A DNA stretch of 64,000 bases from the human T2T-CHM13v2.0 reference genome, Homo sapiens. The notes under the pieces are model-generated. The model was not told the DNA's origin. It did not search any database and saw nothing but the letters and a program-made list of their open reading frames with translations. Below, in pieces: positions 17,989 through 31,289 of the stretch (positions are counted from its first letter, which is position 1; every line of letters starts with the position of its first letter). The DNA is taken from assembly GCF_009914755.1 (NCBI RefSeq), contig NC_060940.1. One strand, given 5' to 3'. The position numbers and the translations under genes are program-made.

Positions 17989-18672
17989 GCTGAGGCTGAG
18001 AGAGACAAATGCCTGAGAAGGAACGGTGGGTCTGACCTTGAACCCTGGTGACTCCAAGTCAGGAGCTGCCTCTGGGACCCAGCATACAGCCTGGCACCTT
18101 CCAGGCAAAGCCCCTCCCTCTGCTGCCTCTGAATTCAGCAGGAGACTGAGCGTTTGCATACACTTCGTGTCTGAAAACTTCCAGGATTCCCAAGATTCAT
18201 TTCACAAAGACTTTTCTCGTAGGACAGGTATTTGAAACATCAGGTTAACAAGTACCCAGCTTGAAGAAAGCCTGGATCTTCACAGCACGCTCAGTTTGTA
18301 GAAGAGAAAAACCCTACTCTGGGCTCTAATTTGCTTCAGCTCCATTAAACACATCCTGAGCCCTGCTGTGTGCCAGACGCTGTGCTGAATACCTGGCACC
18401 AGAAGACCAATCGGGCCCAGGGCTTCTCCCCAAGGAGCTTCCTGGCCAGGCGGAGACACCCCTGGAATAGACCATTTAGGAGCCTGAGGCCTGCATGTAG
18501 CATTTAGTCAGCAGTTAAGTGTGGAAGTATAAGTGAGTAAATGGATGAATACCTGAGGGTGCGAATGAGCTACAGAATTAATGACTGAATGAATTAATGA
18601 AGTTGACAAATGCTATTACAGAAGTGAGCACAGACTATGATAGCCCAGCAGAGAGGCATTTAGAACCTTAGC

Positions 18673-19133
18673 TGTGGCCACAGGTGATGGTGCAGGAGGA
18701 AAAGCCAATATCTGTGCAGCATTTTCCATTTCTTTGCAAGTTCACCTGCCTCTATCATCTGAGACTCACCCTGAGGGTGTTCTTTGGTTGCCTGAGAGTC
18801 TGCTCAACCTGAAAGGGACAGGTGGCCAGAAGTGCTGGGGAGTTGACATCCTGAGCAAGCAGTTCTTGGCCAATGACGGGGAGTAGTTGGTGTATAAATA
18901 CCCCAGCTTCCTTGCTCCACGGTGGGATAATCCTAAAGTGACTGTTCTGTGCCGGCTCCCAGTGTTCCCCAATGGAACGGAGCTGCAGTCACCCACAGTG
19001 ATTATTTGCTAGATAACCCACACCTTATTATCGACCCACCAATATCTCCTGGAATCATCCTGAGATCACCTCCCAAATAAAGCACTCAAATCTTTGTCTC
19101 AGAATCTATTTCTAGGAGAACCCAGACTACAAG
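18673..19133 (+). mobile_element. LTR16-like ERVL solo LTR
   Basis: gaagtgctggggagttgacatcc..ggccaatgac..tataaataccccagcttcct..cacctcccaaataaa..ctcagaatctatttctaggagaacccaga. Confidence 0.75.
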
Positions 19134-19159
19134 AGTGATGATTATGAAAACATTTATGG

Positions 19160-19400
19160 TCATAGCTAATATTTGCTGAGTGCTTACTACATGCCAGCCA
19201 CTGCCTGCTACGTGCTCTAAGGCACTTCTCCCACTTAACACTCATGAAATCTCTGAGATGCAGACATTATGATCATCATCCCATTTTACAGATGGGACTG
19301 AGGCTCAGAAGTGAAGTCATCTATGTAAAGTCATGTAATTCTTTATCGTCACAGCCAGAATATGAGCCCAACTCTCTTTAACTCCAGAGTTTGAGGATAT
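19160..19400 (-). mobile_element. MIR
   Basis: gctaatatttgctgagtgcttact..cccattttacagatgggactgaggctcaga. Confidence 0.85.
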
Positions 19401-19431
19401 AACCATTCTGCCATGCTGTCTCCTGATTTTC

Positions 19432-19794
<363 letters not shown>

Positions 19795-19919
19795 TAGGGA
19801 GGAGAGATGAGGACGAGAGGGAGAAAGGATGCCTGGGCTTGCTTTCTCAGTGGGGAAGAGTTCAATCTCAGTTCAGGTTTTCTTTTAACAAAATTTTTAT
19901 GTTAATAAAATTAATAAAG

Positions 19920-20356
19920 TTGTTTTATTTATTTATTTTAAATTTTTATTTTCTTTATTATTTTGTTATTTTATTTTAAGTTCTGGGATACATGTGCAGA
20001 ATGTGCAGGTTTGTTACATAGGTATACATGTGCCATAGTGGTTTGCTGCACCTATCAACTCGTCATCTAAGTCTTAAGCCCCGCGTGCATTAGGTATTTG
20101 TCCTAATGATCTCCCTCCCCTTGCCCCCCAATCCCCTGACAAGCCCCTGTGTGTGATGTTCCCCTCCCTGTGTCCATGTGTTCTCACAGCTCAACTCCCA
20201 CTTATGAGTGAGAACACGTGGTGTTTGGCTTTGTGTTCCTGTGTTAGTTTGCTGGGAATGATGGCTTCTAGCTTCATCCATGTCCCTGAAAAGGACATGA
20301 TCTCATTCTTTTTTATGGCTGCATAGTATTCCATGGTGTATATGTGCCACATTTTT
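19920..20356 (-). mobile_element. L1PA (about PA7-8) 3' end
   Basis: ttaagttctgggatacatgtgcag..cccacttatgagtgagaac..ggctgcatagtattccatgg. Confidence 0.95.
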
Positions 20357-20381
20357 GGGGTTTTCTCCTCCTCTGTAAAGT

Positions 20382-20408
20382 TTCAGCACAGAGTTCCTGG
20401 ACAGCGCC
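20382..20408 (+). promoter_or_regulatory. Non-canonical (extended-spacer) RE1/NRSE, candidate REST site
   Basis: TTCAGCACA-gagttcct-GGACAGCGCC versus canonical TTCAGCACC-nn-GGACAGCGCC. Confidence 0.6.
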
Positions 20409-21327
20409 TCAGGGCCAAGAGCTCCCCAAGAGCTCCCCAAGAGCTCTCCAAGATGTCCTTCCTCAGCATCCTGCTGTCCTTTTCATGCAGTGAAATTGAT
20501 ACGTATTCCTAGAACTCCTACTGCATGCCAAGCACTGTCAGAAGTCAAGTCATCAAAGAACTCAGAAAAGAAGTACATGTTTAGCTATTTTTTCCATCAG
20601 TCTCGATGAGGGAGCTACACTCCAACTGATCCCTGGAGATACCACAGCCATGTATTGTCAAGAAGAATTGGGGTAAATAGGCAGGGTATCTCTAGCCACA
20701 GGAGGAAGGGACCCAGGATGTACTAAGCTCCTTCTATATTCTTGGAACTACATACACATTAACTCAGGCAGGGTTTCTCAAGCTCGGCACCACTGACATG
20801 TTGAGCATGAGAATTGTCTGTTGTTCACTTTCTGCCTTTAGGAAGTCCTGCAGAGCATGGGGGTGGCAGTATGACCCAGCTCCCCTGTCATTTCACTACA
20901 TCTTGAGCCAGAAGGGGGACTGCACTGCCGTGCATCCTTTGGGCTGGCAATGCTGGCGGTCCCAGTCATCACAATGACAGCAGAACAAAGCCCTGACATG
21001 TGTGTGACGTGTCAGATGCAGCAGCTGCCTGTTGGGCCTGGCTCACTTTCTCATGCTTTCCCCATATTACCTGAGATGTTCAGAGGAGGAAAGCTGGAGG
21101 CAGCCCTTGGGTCTTCTAGGAGCCTAGCACGAGGGCTAAAATGCATGAGAACAAGCACAAGATAATCCCATAGAAGCCTTCCTCTTAGCATTCAGGCCTC
21201 AGATTAAATGTCACAGCCTTGTGGACAACTCCTTGAGCATCATGGCTGGTGTACCCACCCTGATCCCAGGAACATCATCTTATTTTGCATTTCCCTAAAG
21301 CACTTATTATCAGAAATTAGCTTCTTA

Positions 21328-21925
<598 letters not shown>

Positions 21926-22064
21926 AGCTCTGGCCCACCTCTCACAATCAAGCAGATAGTTTGGTGAAACTAGTACAACTATGTACAGGGCTAATGCACA
22001 GTGCCCAGCAGGGACCAGGAGCAAACTTCCCTTACTTACCCAACCAATGACCTACTGTGGTACA

Positions 22065-22610
22065 TACTTTTTTCCTTATTATGGTAAAATACACATTGCA
22101 CAAAATTCACCAATTTTTACCATTTTAGAGTGTACAATTCAATGGCATTAAGTACAATCAAAATGCTTTTTTGTTGCTGTTGTTTTTTGAGATGGAGTCT
22201 TGCTCTGTCACCCAGGCTAGGTGGAGTGCAATGGCACAACCTTGGCTCACTGCAACCTCTGCCTCCCAGGTTCAGGCAATCCTCCCACCTCTGCCTCTTA
22301 AGTAGCTGAGACCACAGCCACACACCACCACACCTGGTTAATTTTTGTATTTTTTCTAACAGTGGGGTTTTGCCAGGTTTCCCAGACTGGTCTCAAATTC
22401 CTGGGCTCAAGTGATCCGGCAGCCTTGGAGCTCCCAAAGTGCTAGGATTACAGGTGTGAGCCATTGCACCTGTTCCCCCTTCCCATGTTTTCTTCTAAGA
22501 ATTTTATAGTGTTAGGTCTTATACTTATTTAGGTCTTTGATCCAATGTTGAGTTAGTTTTTTTATATGGTGTGAGGTAAGCGTCTATCTTCTTTCTTTTA
22601 CATGTGAAAA
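22065..22610 (-). mobile_element. L1M fragments flanking AluJ (22167-22472)
   Basis: L1MB-type 3' end (accattttagagtgtacaattc) on the left; ORF2-type (tttaggtctttgatcca..ggtgtgaggta) on the right. Confidence 0.8.
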
Positions 22611-23476
22611 CGTGGTAGATACTTTATTCAATTTACAGATTAGAACATAGAGACTGAGAGGGAGTAAATGACATGTCCAGAGTCACATAGCCATTGGGAG
22701 TTGGAACTAGAATTCAATATTAGGTCTGACTCCCAAGTTGATCCCCTTTCCACCACATCAAAATGCCCTTTATTATTTTGTATAGATGATATCTCTTTAT
22801 TATTTTGTGACCAGGGATGTGGAAATCACAGGCCTAGTCAATAAAATATGTGCTTTAATCTGGCTCTGGACAAGTTATTCCTCCTCTCTGGGCCTCAGTC
22901 TCCTCTTCTGTACAATGGGCTGCTGATCTCTAAGAGTCTCTCCTGTGGAGACAACTGGTACCCTTGGAGCCTCATTCACCCTTGCCTTTGTTTTCATTTC
23001 TCCTCTCCAGAGTGCAGTGGGGGCCCTCCCAGCTACAGCTGCGCTTCTGGAAGGAGCTTATTGATAGGCACAGAGTATGGGTGAGTCTTCATCCCAGGCC
23101 TCAGCCAAACTCTGGGAAACACTCTGTATTCCCTGGCAGACAGCTGCAACCCCAAGCAGCTCCATAGGAAAACTGCAGAATGGCAGAAAATGCAAGGGAA
23201 GCCAATATGGAAAGGGCTTTTTCCACATGCTGACAGCTTTCTTCACAAGTATCACAATGAAGCTATTTGAGAATCAGCTTGCAAAGCACCTGGCTCTAAA
23301 TAGCCTTCTCTCCCTAGTCCTTAAGTAGAGACAAAGCAGCTCCTTTTATCCTCTAGAAGTGCCCTTTCCTAGGGCCTGACCCACAAATGGGTGCTCAAAA
23401 CCTAGTTGAATGAATGAATGAACAGATGAATGAAGATGGCTACACACACTTCTTATTTCCCTTGATTGCCTTAGAC

Positions 23477-23808
23477 CAGGACACGGCAGATTTTTCGCAA
23501 AGGGCTGGAAGGTAAATATTGTTGTCTTTTCAGGTCACAGAGTCTCTGTCACAGCTACTCAGCTCTGCTGTTGTAGCTCACAGACAGCCATAGACAATGC
23601 ATAAATAAATAGGCCTGGCTGTGTTCCCATAAAATTTTATTTATGCACAGTAAAATTTGAATTTTATGTAGTTTCTATGTGTCACATAACATTATTCTTC
23701 TTGTGAATTTTTTTAACCATTTAATATGTAAAACCAATCTTAGCTCATGGTCATAGGAAAACATGATGAACTACATTTGGTCTATGAGCTATAGTTTGTC
23801 AACCTTTG
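23477..23808. mobile_element. MER58B
   Basis: gtctctgtcacagctactcagctctgctgttgtagc..cagccatagacaat..atagtttgtcaacc. Confidence 0.85.
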
Positions 23809-23831
23809 GCTTAGACTCTTTTTTAAAAAAA

Positions 23832-23962
23832 AATTATTTATAAATAGAGATGGGGTTTCGCCATGTTGGCCAGGCTGGTCTCGAACCCCTGGCCTCAAGT
23901 GATCTGCCTGCCTCAGCCTCCCAGAATACTGGGATTACAGGTGTGAGCCACCACTCCGGGCC
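23832..23962 (-). mobile_element. Alu left monomer
   Basis: reverse left arm only. Confidence 0.85.
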
Positions 23963-24229
23963 CTTTGGTTTAGACTTTTCCTTTCTGTTTTTCATTTTAA
24001 ATATTTTCTTCTTAGTACCAGAGTAATATATATTCATTACAGAATAATTAGAAATTAGTGACATTGTAAAGTTTATCCTCTATTAAAAATAAACCCAAGG
24101 GGATAAAAAGAAATTACTGACATGGACATGCAAATAAAGTAATATTAGAATAATCTATAATTTCAATACACAAAAATAACCATTCTCCTACTGAACACAG
24201 TTTTTCACTCAGCATTGCTAGCTAGCTAT

Positions 24230-24840
<611 letters not shown>

Positions 24841-24944
24841 TCTAGCTCTACCTGGTAGATTTAACAAAAAGTAAGATGTTTAACAAAAAGTAAGACAGTA
24901 CCAAATATACTGTTTTTGCAAATAACTTAACATTTTGAGATTTG

Positions 24945-25230
24945 TTTCGTTTTGTTTTTGAGACAGGGTCTCACTCTGTCACCCAGCTGGAGTACAGTGG
25001 TGTAATCTTGGCCCACAGCAGCCTCAACCTCCCAGGCTCAAGGCTGCCTCAGTCTCCTGAGTAGCTGGGACTACATGCATGCGCCACATCGCCCGGATAA
25101 TTTTTGTATTTTTTGTAGAGACAGGGTTTCACTATGTTACCCAGGCTGGTCTTGAACTCCTTGGCTCAAGCGATCCTCTTGCCTTGGCTTCCCAAAGTGC
25201 TGGAATTACAGGCGTGTCACCACACCCAGC
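24945..25230 (-). mobile_element. AluJ
   Basis: reverse dimer. Confidence 0.9.
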
Positions 25231-25309
25231 CCCATTCAATATTTCATACCTATGTTTATTGTTCAATTTCATGCAACAATTTCCCTCTGAGTCCCTGCTG
25301 TTGTGCATT

Positions 25310-25670
25310 CAAGTTGTTCCCAGTTTTTCCCTGTGATAAACAAAATGGTAGTAAGCTACTTTATCATTAAATCTTTGTACCTTTAAATGTTTTCAGATAA
25401 GTTCATAGGGATTGGATTGCTAGATCAAAGGGTCAACTTACTTTTAAGATTTTTAAAATAGAAATACCCAATTTCCCTCCAGAAAGGCTGTGATCTTTCT
25501 ACTGCCATCATCAATACGTGAAACTCCTTGAAGTCTTTGCAAAGAATAGTAATTATAATAATAAAAACAAGGTCATTTTGGTAGGTAAACTCTTTCCCTC
25601 TTTTGGTTTTAACTTGCCTTTCCTTTTCAAAGTGTCATCTCCCATGTTTATTGGCCGTTGTATTTCTTTG
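25310..25670 (-). mobile_element. old L1M(E) fragment
   Basis: ggattgctagatcaaaggg..cctccagaaaggctgt..tgtttattggcc. Confidence 0.65.
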
Positions 25671-25777
25671 GGCAGGTCAAGGGTAGTAAAGGGGATTATG
25701 TTCATGGCTTTGGTTTTAAGAAAAAATTGCTAGATTTTCAGCACAGGCCTCATCAAGTTCCTCAAGCAAGGTGACAA

Positions 25778-26040
25778 TCACCCAGGCTAGAGTGCAGTGG
25801 TGCCATCTCACCTCAGTGCAACCACTGCCTCTCCATTCAAGCGATTCTCATGTCTCAGCCTCCCAGGTAGCTGGGATTACAGGCAGGTGCCACCATGCCA
25901 GGCTAATTTTTGTATTTTTAATAGAAAGGGGGTTTCCCCATGATGGCCAGGCTGGTCTCGAGCTCTGGGCATCAAGTGATCTGCCTGCCTCGGCCTCCCA
26001 AAGTGCTGGAATTACAGGCGTAAGCCACTGTGCCAGGCCT
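25778..26040 (-). mobile_element. AluS lacking its tail
   Basis: reverse Alu starting at tcacccaggct. Confidence 0.9.
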
Positions 26041-26059
26041 CAATTATTCTTATTTACTG

Positions 26060-26062
<3 letters not shown>

Positions 26063-26110
<48 letters not shown>
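26063..26110 (+). repeat. (TG)24 microsatellite
   Basis: 48-bp pure TG run. Confidence 0.98.
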
Positions 26111-26112
<2 letters not shown>

Positions 26113-26689
26113 GGGGGGGAGGGTCCCCAGAGGTGACACTAGGAGGTGAATGATTTGTTTGGCAGCTTTCTATTTATCTATGTGTTTACTTTATCTTAAT
26201 TCTTTAATTGCAAGGACTATAGCGCTTGTGTAATCAGAGATAGGGCAGCCTGGATTCCTGGACAGCAGGAGGAGAGACCTCAGGGTTCTACAAGACTCCA
26301 CAGACCAAGTTATCAGTGATCAGGGTGAGTGGGGAGAACCAAGCTGAACTCTTTCTCTGCCTTTAAGGTCTGTACTCTCCATCCATCCATTCATTCATTA
26401 TGAGGACTTGGTGATCGCCTGTTGTCTTGATGAGCAGTTCTTTGTGTCTTTGATTTTGTCACTGAAAGATTGCATCCTCTTTCCAAATACCTCTAGAAAG
26501 CTGTGGGGGGGCTATCCATCCGTCACACCTGAGTATTAATTATCTTCCACACAGCATTTTATACAACGGTAGAAAGGCACCTTCATCATATCTAGGGTCT
26601 CGTTTATACCCACGAAGGAGGTACAATCTCTGTTGTCCCAATTTCAGGAAATTGAGGATCAGGAGGCGCAGTGACCTGCTCCAGGTCAT

Positions 26690-27545
26690 GCAAAAGGAAC
26701 CACCTCTGACTCCCAGCGCCCTGTTTGTCTTCCGGAGCGCTGGGGCCAGGCGGAGGAAAGTAGCTGGGAGCAAGAAGGGCTGGCAGGGCCCTGAGCGCCG
26801 AGATGGGGAGTGAGGTGGGGAGGGCGGGATGCTCCTTCCCTTCTCCGCAAAGGAACCCCTTCTGATTCCGACTCTGGAGCTCCAGAGACCGGATCCGAGA
26901 CGCGGGTGGAGGTGGAGTTACACTCGCCTGCAGCCCTGAGGGTGTAAATGGCCCATTAAGATCCAGGTTAAATCAACCTATGGAGCTGCCCCCCAGAGGG
27001 TCAGGGTCCCCACAACTTGACGGGGGTCCTCAGCCGTCTCCTCCCCAGTCCCAGGACTCCCTCCCAGCCCTCGCGGTCCCTCTGGTGGGTCCCGCCCCAG
27101 CCCCCGTCTCCCCCGCCCCCGGAGGCTGGACTCTGCTCCCGCCCCGCCTGCCACCTCCCTCCTGGGGGCGGTGGCCCGTGGCGGGCGCACCCATTGGCTG
27201 TGGCGAAAGCGAGGGCCGGGGCTGGCGGCGCTGATTGGCCGGGACGCTCGGCGGAGCCAGGGAGTCCGGCGAGTCGCTGGGGGAAGTCGAGCAGACACCC
27301 AGCGCTGCCGGAACTCGGGGCGCGCATCCCGCAAGTCGGAACCCGGCGGATCGGATCCCGCAGATCGGAGACGGGGCCTGGAGGTGAGCGCGAGGCGCCG
27401 GGTGGCTTGGGACGGGCCCTTCCGAGGGGAGCCGAGAGGAGGTCCTTCTGCCCTGCCCCCAGGAGCAAAACCTGGGCATCTTCTCCTGGAAACGGAGCCC
27501 TCATCTTCCCAAGACGCGGGGCCCTCCCCCGAAAAGACAGGGGCT
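26690..27545. promoter_or_regulatory. CpG island promoter (TATA-less, Sp1 and NF-Y type)
   Basis: dense non-repeat CpGs; GC boxes at about 27091, 27111, 27138, 27164; ATTGG at 27193-27197 and 27234-27238. Confidence 0.9.
27250..27383 (+). other. Probable non-coding first exon of an unidentified gene (start approximate)
   Basis: downstream of the CCAAT boxes; no ATG; ends at consensus donor GAG|gtgagc. Confidence 0.65.
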
Positions 27546-30029
27546 CCCACCCCCCAGAGAGCAAAATACCTTCCTTTCTCCTTCAGAAATGGGCCCTTCC
27601 TCCTGGCTCCAGCTCCAGACAGAAGTCCTCTCCCTTTTACCGCTTGAAATAGAATGCGGCCCCAAAAAGTGGTCTCCAGGTCTCTAGAGCCCCCTCACCT
27701 CTTGGGAGACTGATGCCCCTTCCCCATCCTTAGAAAACTAAGTTTGGGTGTCTTCCTTCTCCCCTCTCTTTCGGAATAATGGGGGTCTTCTCAGCTTATA
27801 AATTACAGTGACCTCCCCCTCCATGACAAATGGAAGCTCTCCCCCCATCATAAGACAAGGAAATCCCGGAGCAGAGACTCTGCAAGTCACCCTCCCACCC
27901 CAGATACTGGGCTCTGGAGAGATAGATGATTCACCCTTAGCCCTGCTGGAGACCCCTCCCTACCCGTCAGAGAGGCAGGGTGGCCTCTGACACCACCACA
28001 TTAAAGGCTTTTGGGGATTTCCCCTCTCCTCCCCAGTAAAGATGTAAAATGAGGGACCTTCATACTCAGGAGCAGGGCAAAGGTCTGGCCACCCCTCCAA
28101 GTCATCCACCTCCCTCCACTCCACCCAAGCCCTTTCACACAAACCCCATCCTAGTAACCCCCTGCACCATCCTCCCACCGCTCCCAATCCCATCCTTCTC
28201 CACCTCACCCCAACTCCACTCCCACACCTGGCTGCCCCACCTATTTCACATCCTCTCACCTTTCCTCACCCACCCTGGCCAAGGTAAGACTAGAGGGGGT
28301 TCAGCGAGATTTAGTAAGACTGGAGCTCTTAAAACTGGGATCTGGGGCCTAGAGGCCCTTCCAGGAGTCTTCAAACTCTGACAACAGAGATGGCCTCTGA
28401 GGCAGCAGGACCAGCAGAGACCACCCGCCACCTCTCCCCCACTCCCTACCCCAACACACGCACAAAGGCTGTGTTCAATGCATTCTCTCTTGCAGTCTGG
28501 GAGGACAGCTGGCCCTCTTCCAAGAGGGCCCGCATTTCCCCCCTAAAGTGTGCACCCCCGCAAGCGCCTGTGGACATTGCCTGGTGGAATTCCCTGGGCA
28601 CTCAGCCAAGAGAAATGGGTGCTGCTGGGCCCATCCACTGGGGAGGAGACAGTGTTGGCTTTGCTGCTTTGATGAAGCTAGACTAAGGGACAGGATGTTG
28701 GTGACCTGGGGGTGGGGAGGGGGTGGGAAGAGCTCTTCTCTGGTGGGTCAGGTTGGGAGGCAGGAGAGAGGGAGGCAGTGAGTTGTGTCTTGCTCTTTGG
28801 AGCCTGTGTTGCGGCGTGGAGTCATAGAGAAATGTGTTTTCTCGAGGCCCAAAGAGGTTAGCCACGGGGAGAGGTAAATGGTCCAGTCTGGAGTCCTAAG
28901 ACCTAAAAGGGCTTCTACATTAAAGACGTGGCCCCTTCATTTGACAGTTAAACACACAGAGGCACAAAAGGGGAAGAGACTTGCTCAAGGTCACCCAGCC
29001 TGTGGGAGACAGCTGGCCCCAACCCCTCCAGGACCCTTAAGGTGCTAGGATCCCTGACACAAGCCCCAGTCCTCACATTTACAATGGGGACTTGGGGACT
29101 GCTGGGTCCCAAGTCCCCACTTGTCAGAGGAAGCGCCAAGGCTCTGCAAAGGTCATGAAGCCAGGAAGGGGCAGAGCTGGAACTCAATGCCATCCCCCAG
29201 CAGGCTGCCTCGTGGAATCCATTCCTGGGTGTCAGCGCATCCCTGCTTACCCCGTGCGATCTTTGTGTTGAGGCCATTGCCAAATCTAGGCTTGCCAAAA
29301 TCCAAACTGACCCAGGATAGCTAATAAGATCAGTTGCAGCTAATGAGAATGAGATGCTGGAGTGGAGGCTACTGCAGGAACCTCACTTGCATAGCTGGGT
29401 TTGCTCCAAGAACTTTGGACAGGTCCTGAGGATGTCATATTCCTTCCCTCCAAGGTCCCCTCCCTCTTAGCCCCTGCCCACGCCCTCTGGCTTTGAGTTC
29501 CCTGCACATTGTCTCATCTCTGTTCAGAGGCCTGCGTCTTTTCTCCTGGGGCATTGCATGGGAAAAGAGCTGAAATTCTGGCAGATTCTCTAGGACCACC
29601 CAGCTGGGCAGCATGGTCTGAAGTAGAGGCTCTCTCTGTTTCTGCCCCCACCCAGTTCCCAGCTAAAGGATTGGTTGTTGTGCCCCAACTTTGCCAAGGC
29701 GAAGTTCAAAGCATGAGGAGGACCACGGTAGAGAGGCCGAGAGGTTGGTCCCTGGAGACCTCTTATCTGGGTCGAGAGCACAAATCTGCCACTTAGTGTC
29801 TGATCTTAACCTCTCTGTGACATATCCTTGGGGTAAAATGAGTTAATCCTCATAAAATGTTTAGCACACAGCAAAATGAGCAGAAACAATGATTACAAGT
29901 GCAAAGTCATAAAACCTCTAATCATGAAGTGGGGAGGTGCTTATGCCTTAAGGCAAAACTTGTAACCCTTGCCGTAGATAATCTGCCAGGGCCAAGGTGC
30001 TTGGGGACAAGGGGATGTCTTCCTAGAGA

Positions 30030-30170
30030 GACAGTGTAGTATGTGGAATGGACCACAGACCCTGAAGCCAGATGGAGTAGAGAGTTGGCCACTGGTAGTG
30101 GCTGTCTATGGAAACTTAGGCAAGTCATTCATGTCTCTGAACCTCAGTTCCTCGTCTTTGAATGAGGTTT
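30030..30170 (+). mobile_element. MIR
   Basis: acttaggcaagtcattc..ctctgaacctcagttcctc. Confidence 0.75.
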
Positions 30171-30207
30171 GTTGGGGTTGGACATCAGAAAAGAGACAGG
30201 TCTAGAT

Positions 30208-30435
30208 GAGGGGTTCTCATTTTGGGCACTGTTGACAGTTGGGTCAGAGGATTCTTTGTTGTGAGACTCCCCTGTGTATTGTAGGATATTCAGCAGCGCC
30301 TCTGGTCTCTACCCACTAGATGCCAGTGACACTCCCTACCCCATGAGTCATGTCCATCAGAAATGTCTGCAGACATTGCCAGATGTGCCCTGGGGAGCAA
30401 AATCATCCTTTTCCTTCGCTATTGAGAACTGCTGG
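30208..30435 (-). mobile_element. MER20
   Basis: ctctacccactagatgccagt..aaatgtctgcagacattgccagatgt..ttgagaactgctg. Confidence 0.9.
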
Positions 30436-30487
30436 TCTAATACATGGCCTTAAACATAGTTGATACTTAATATAAAACAGCTTCCTA

Positions 30488-30760
30488 GCTGAGGCGGGTG
30501 GATGGCTTGAGCCCAGGAGTTTGAGACCAGCGTGGGCAACATGGCAAAACCCCATCTCTGTAAAATACAGGAAAAAAAAAATCAGCTGGTCATGGTGGCA
30601 TGCGCCTGTAGTCCTAGCAACCTGGGAGGCTGAGGTGGGGGGATTGCTTGAGCCCGGGGAGGTCGAAGCTGCAGTGAGCCATGATCACACCACTGCATTC
30701 CAGCCTGGGTGACAGAGTGAGACACTGTCTCCAAAAAAAAACAAAATAAAAACCAAAAAC
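30488..30760 (+). mobile_element. 5'-truncated AluJ
   Basis: TSD aaaacagcttc. Confidence 0.9.
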
Positions 30761-30894
30761 AGCTTCTTTCTTGCACAAGCTCCTCGTTTTGGTTTCTGTG
30801 TAATGAGGAGAAGGAGATGTGTCTAGCTGTGGAGCCTTCCAATATTAATAACAATTTTTAATTTCTCACATTTACACAAGACTTTCTTGTCTGG

Positions 30895-31058
30895 TTTTTG
30901 TTTTTCTTTTTAGTAGAGACAGAGTCGGGTGGTCTCTAACTCCTAGGCTTAAGCGATCCTCCCGCCTTGGCTTCCCAAAGCACTGGGGTTACAAGTGTGA
31001 GTTACAACCAAAGCGCTGGGGTTACAAGTGTGAGTTACAGGAATAAGCCACAGCACCC
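30895..31058 (-). mobile_element. Alu left monomer with an internal 33-bp tandem duplication
   Basis: 30975-31007 is repeated at 31008-31040. Confidence 0.8.
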
Positions 31059-31289
31059 AACCTACACAGGACCTTATCATCTCCAAAGCACTGTTGTGTC
31101 TATGACACTGTTTCTCACTCTACAGATAAGCAAACTAAGCCTCACAAAGGTTAAAAGACTTGTCTAAGACCATCACCCGCTTCTCCACCAGGCATCAGAG
31201 AAACATCCATGCCAGAAATTGTTTGAGAAACAACTGAGTTCTGGGCCTTCTTCAGATTAGTTATCAGGGTCTTTCGAAACTTCAATGGC

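Noticed and set aside
24860-24895. 19-bp-period duplication tttaacaaaaagtaaga x2
   Set aside because: Trivial slippage event with no functional cue
26690-27545. Assigning a gene symbol to the promoter
   Set aside because: No coding exon in the window and I do not reliably recognise the 5' UTR
26978-27652. Six overlapping 84-211 aa ORFs on both strands
   Set aside because: Stop-codon scarcity in a GC-rich CpG island; Pro/Arg/Gly low complexity; no recognisable domain
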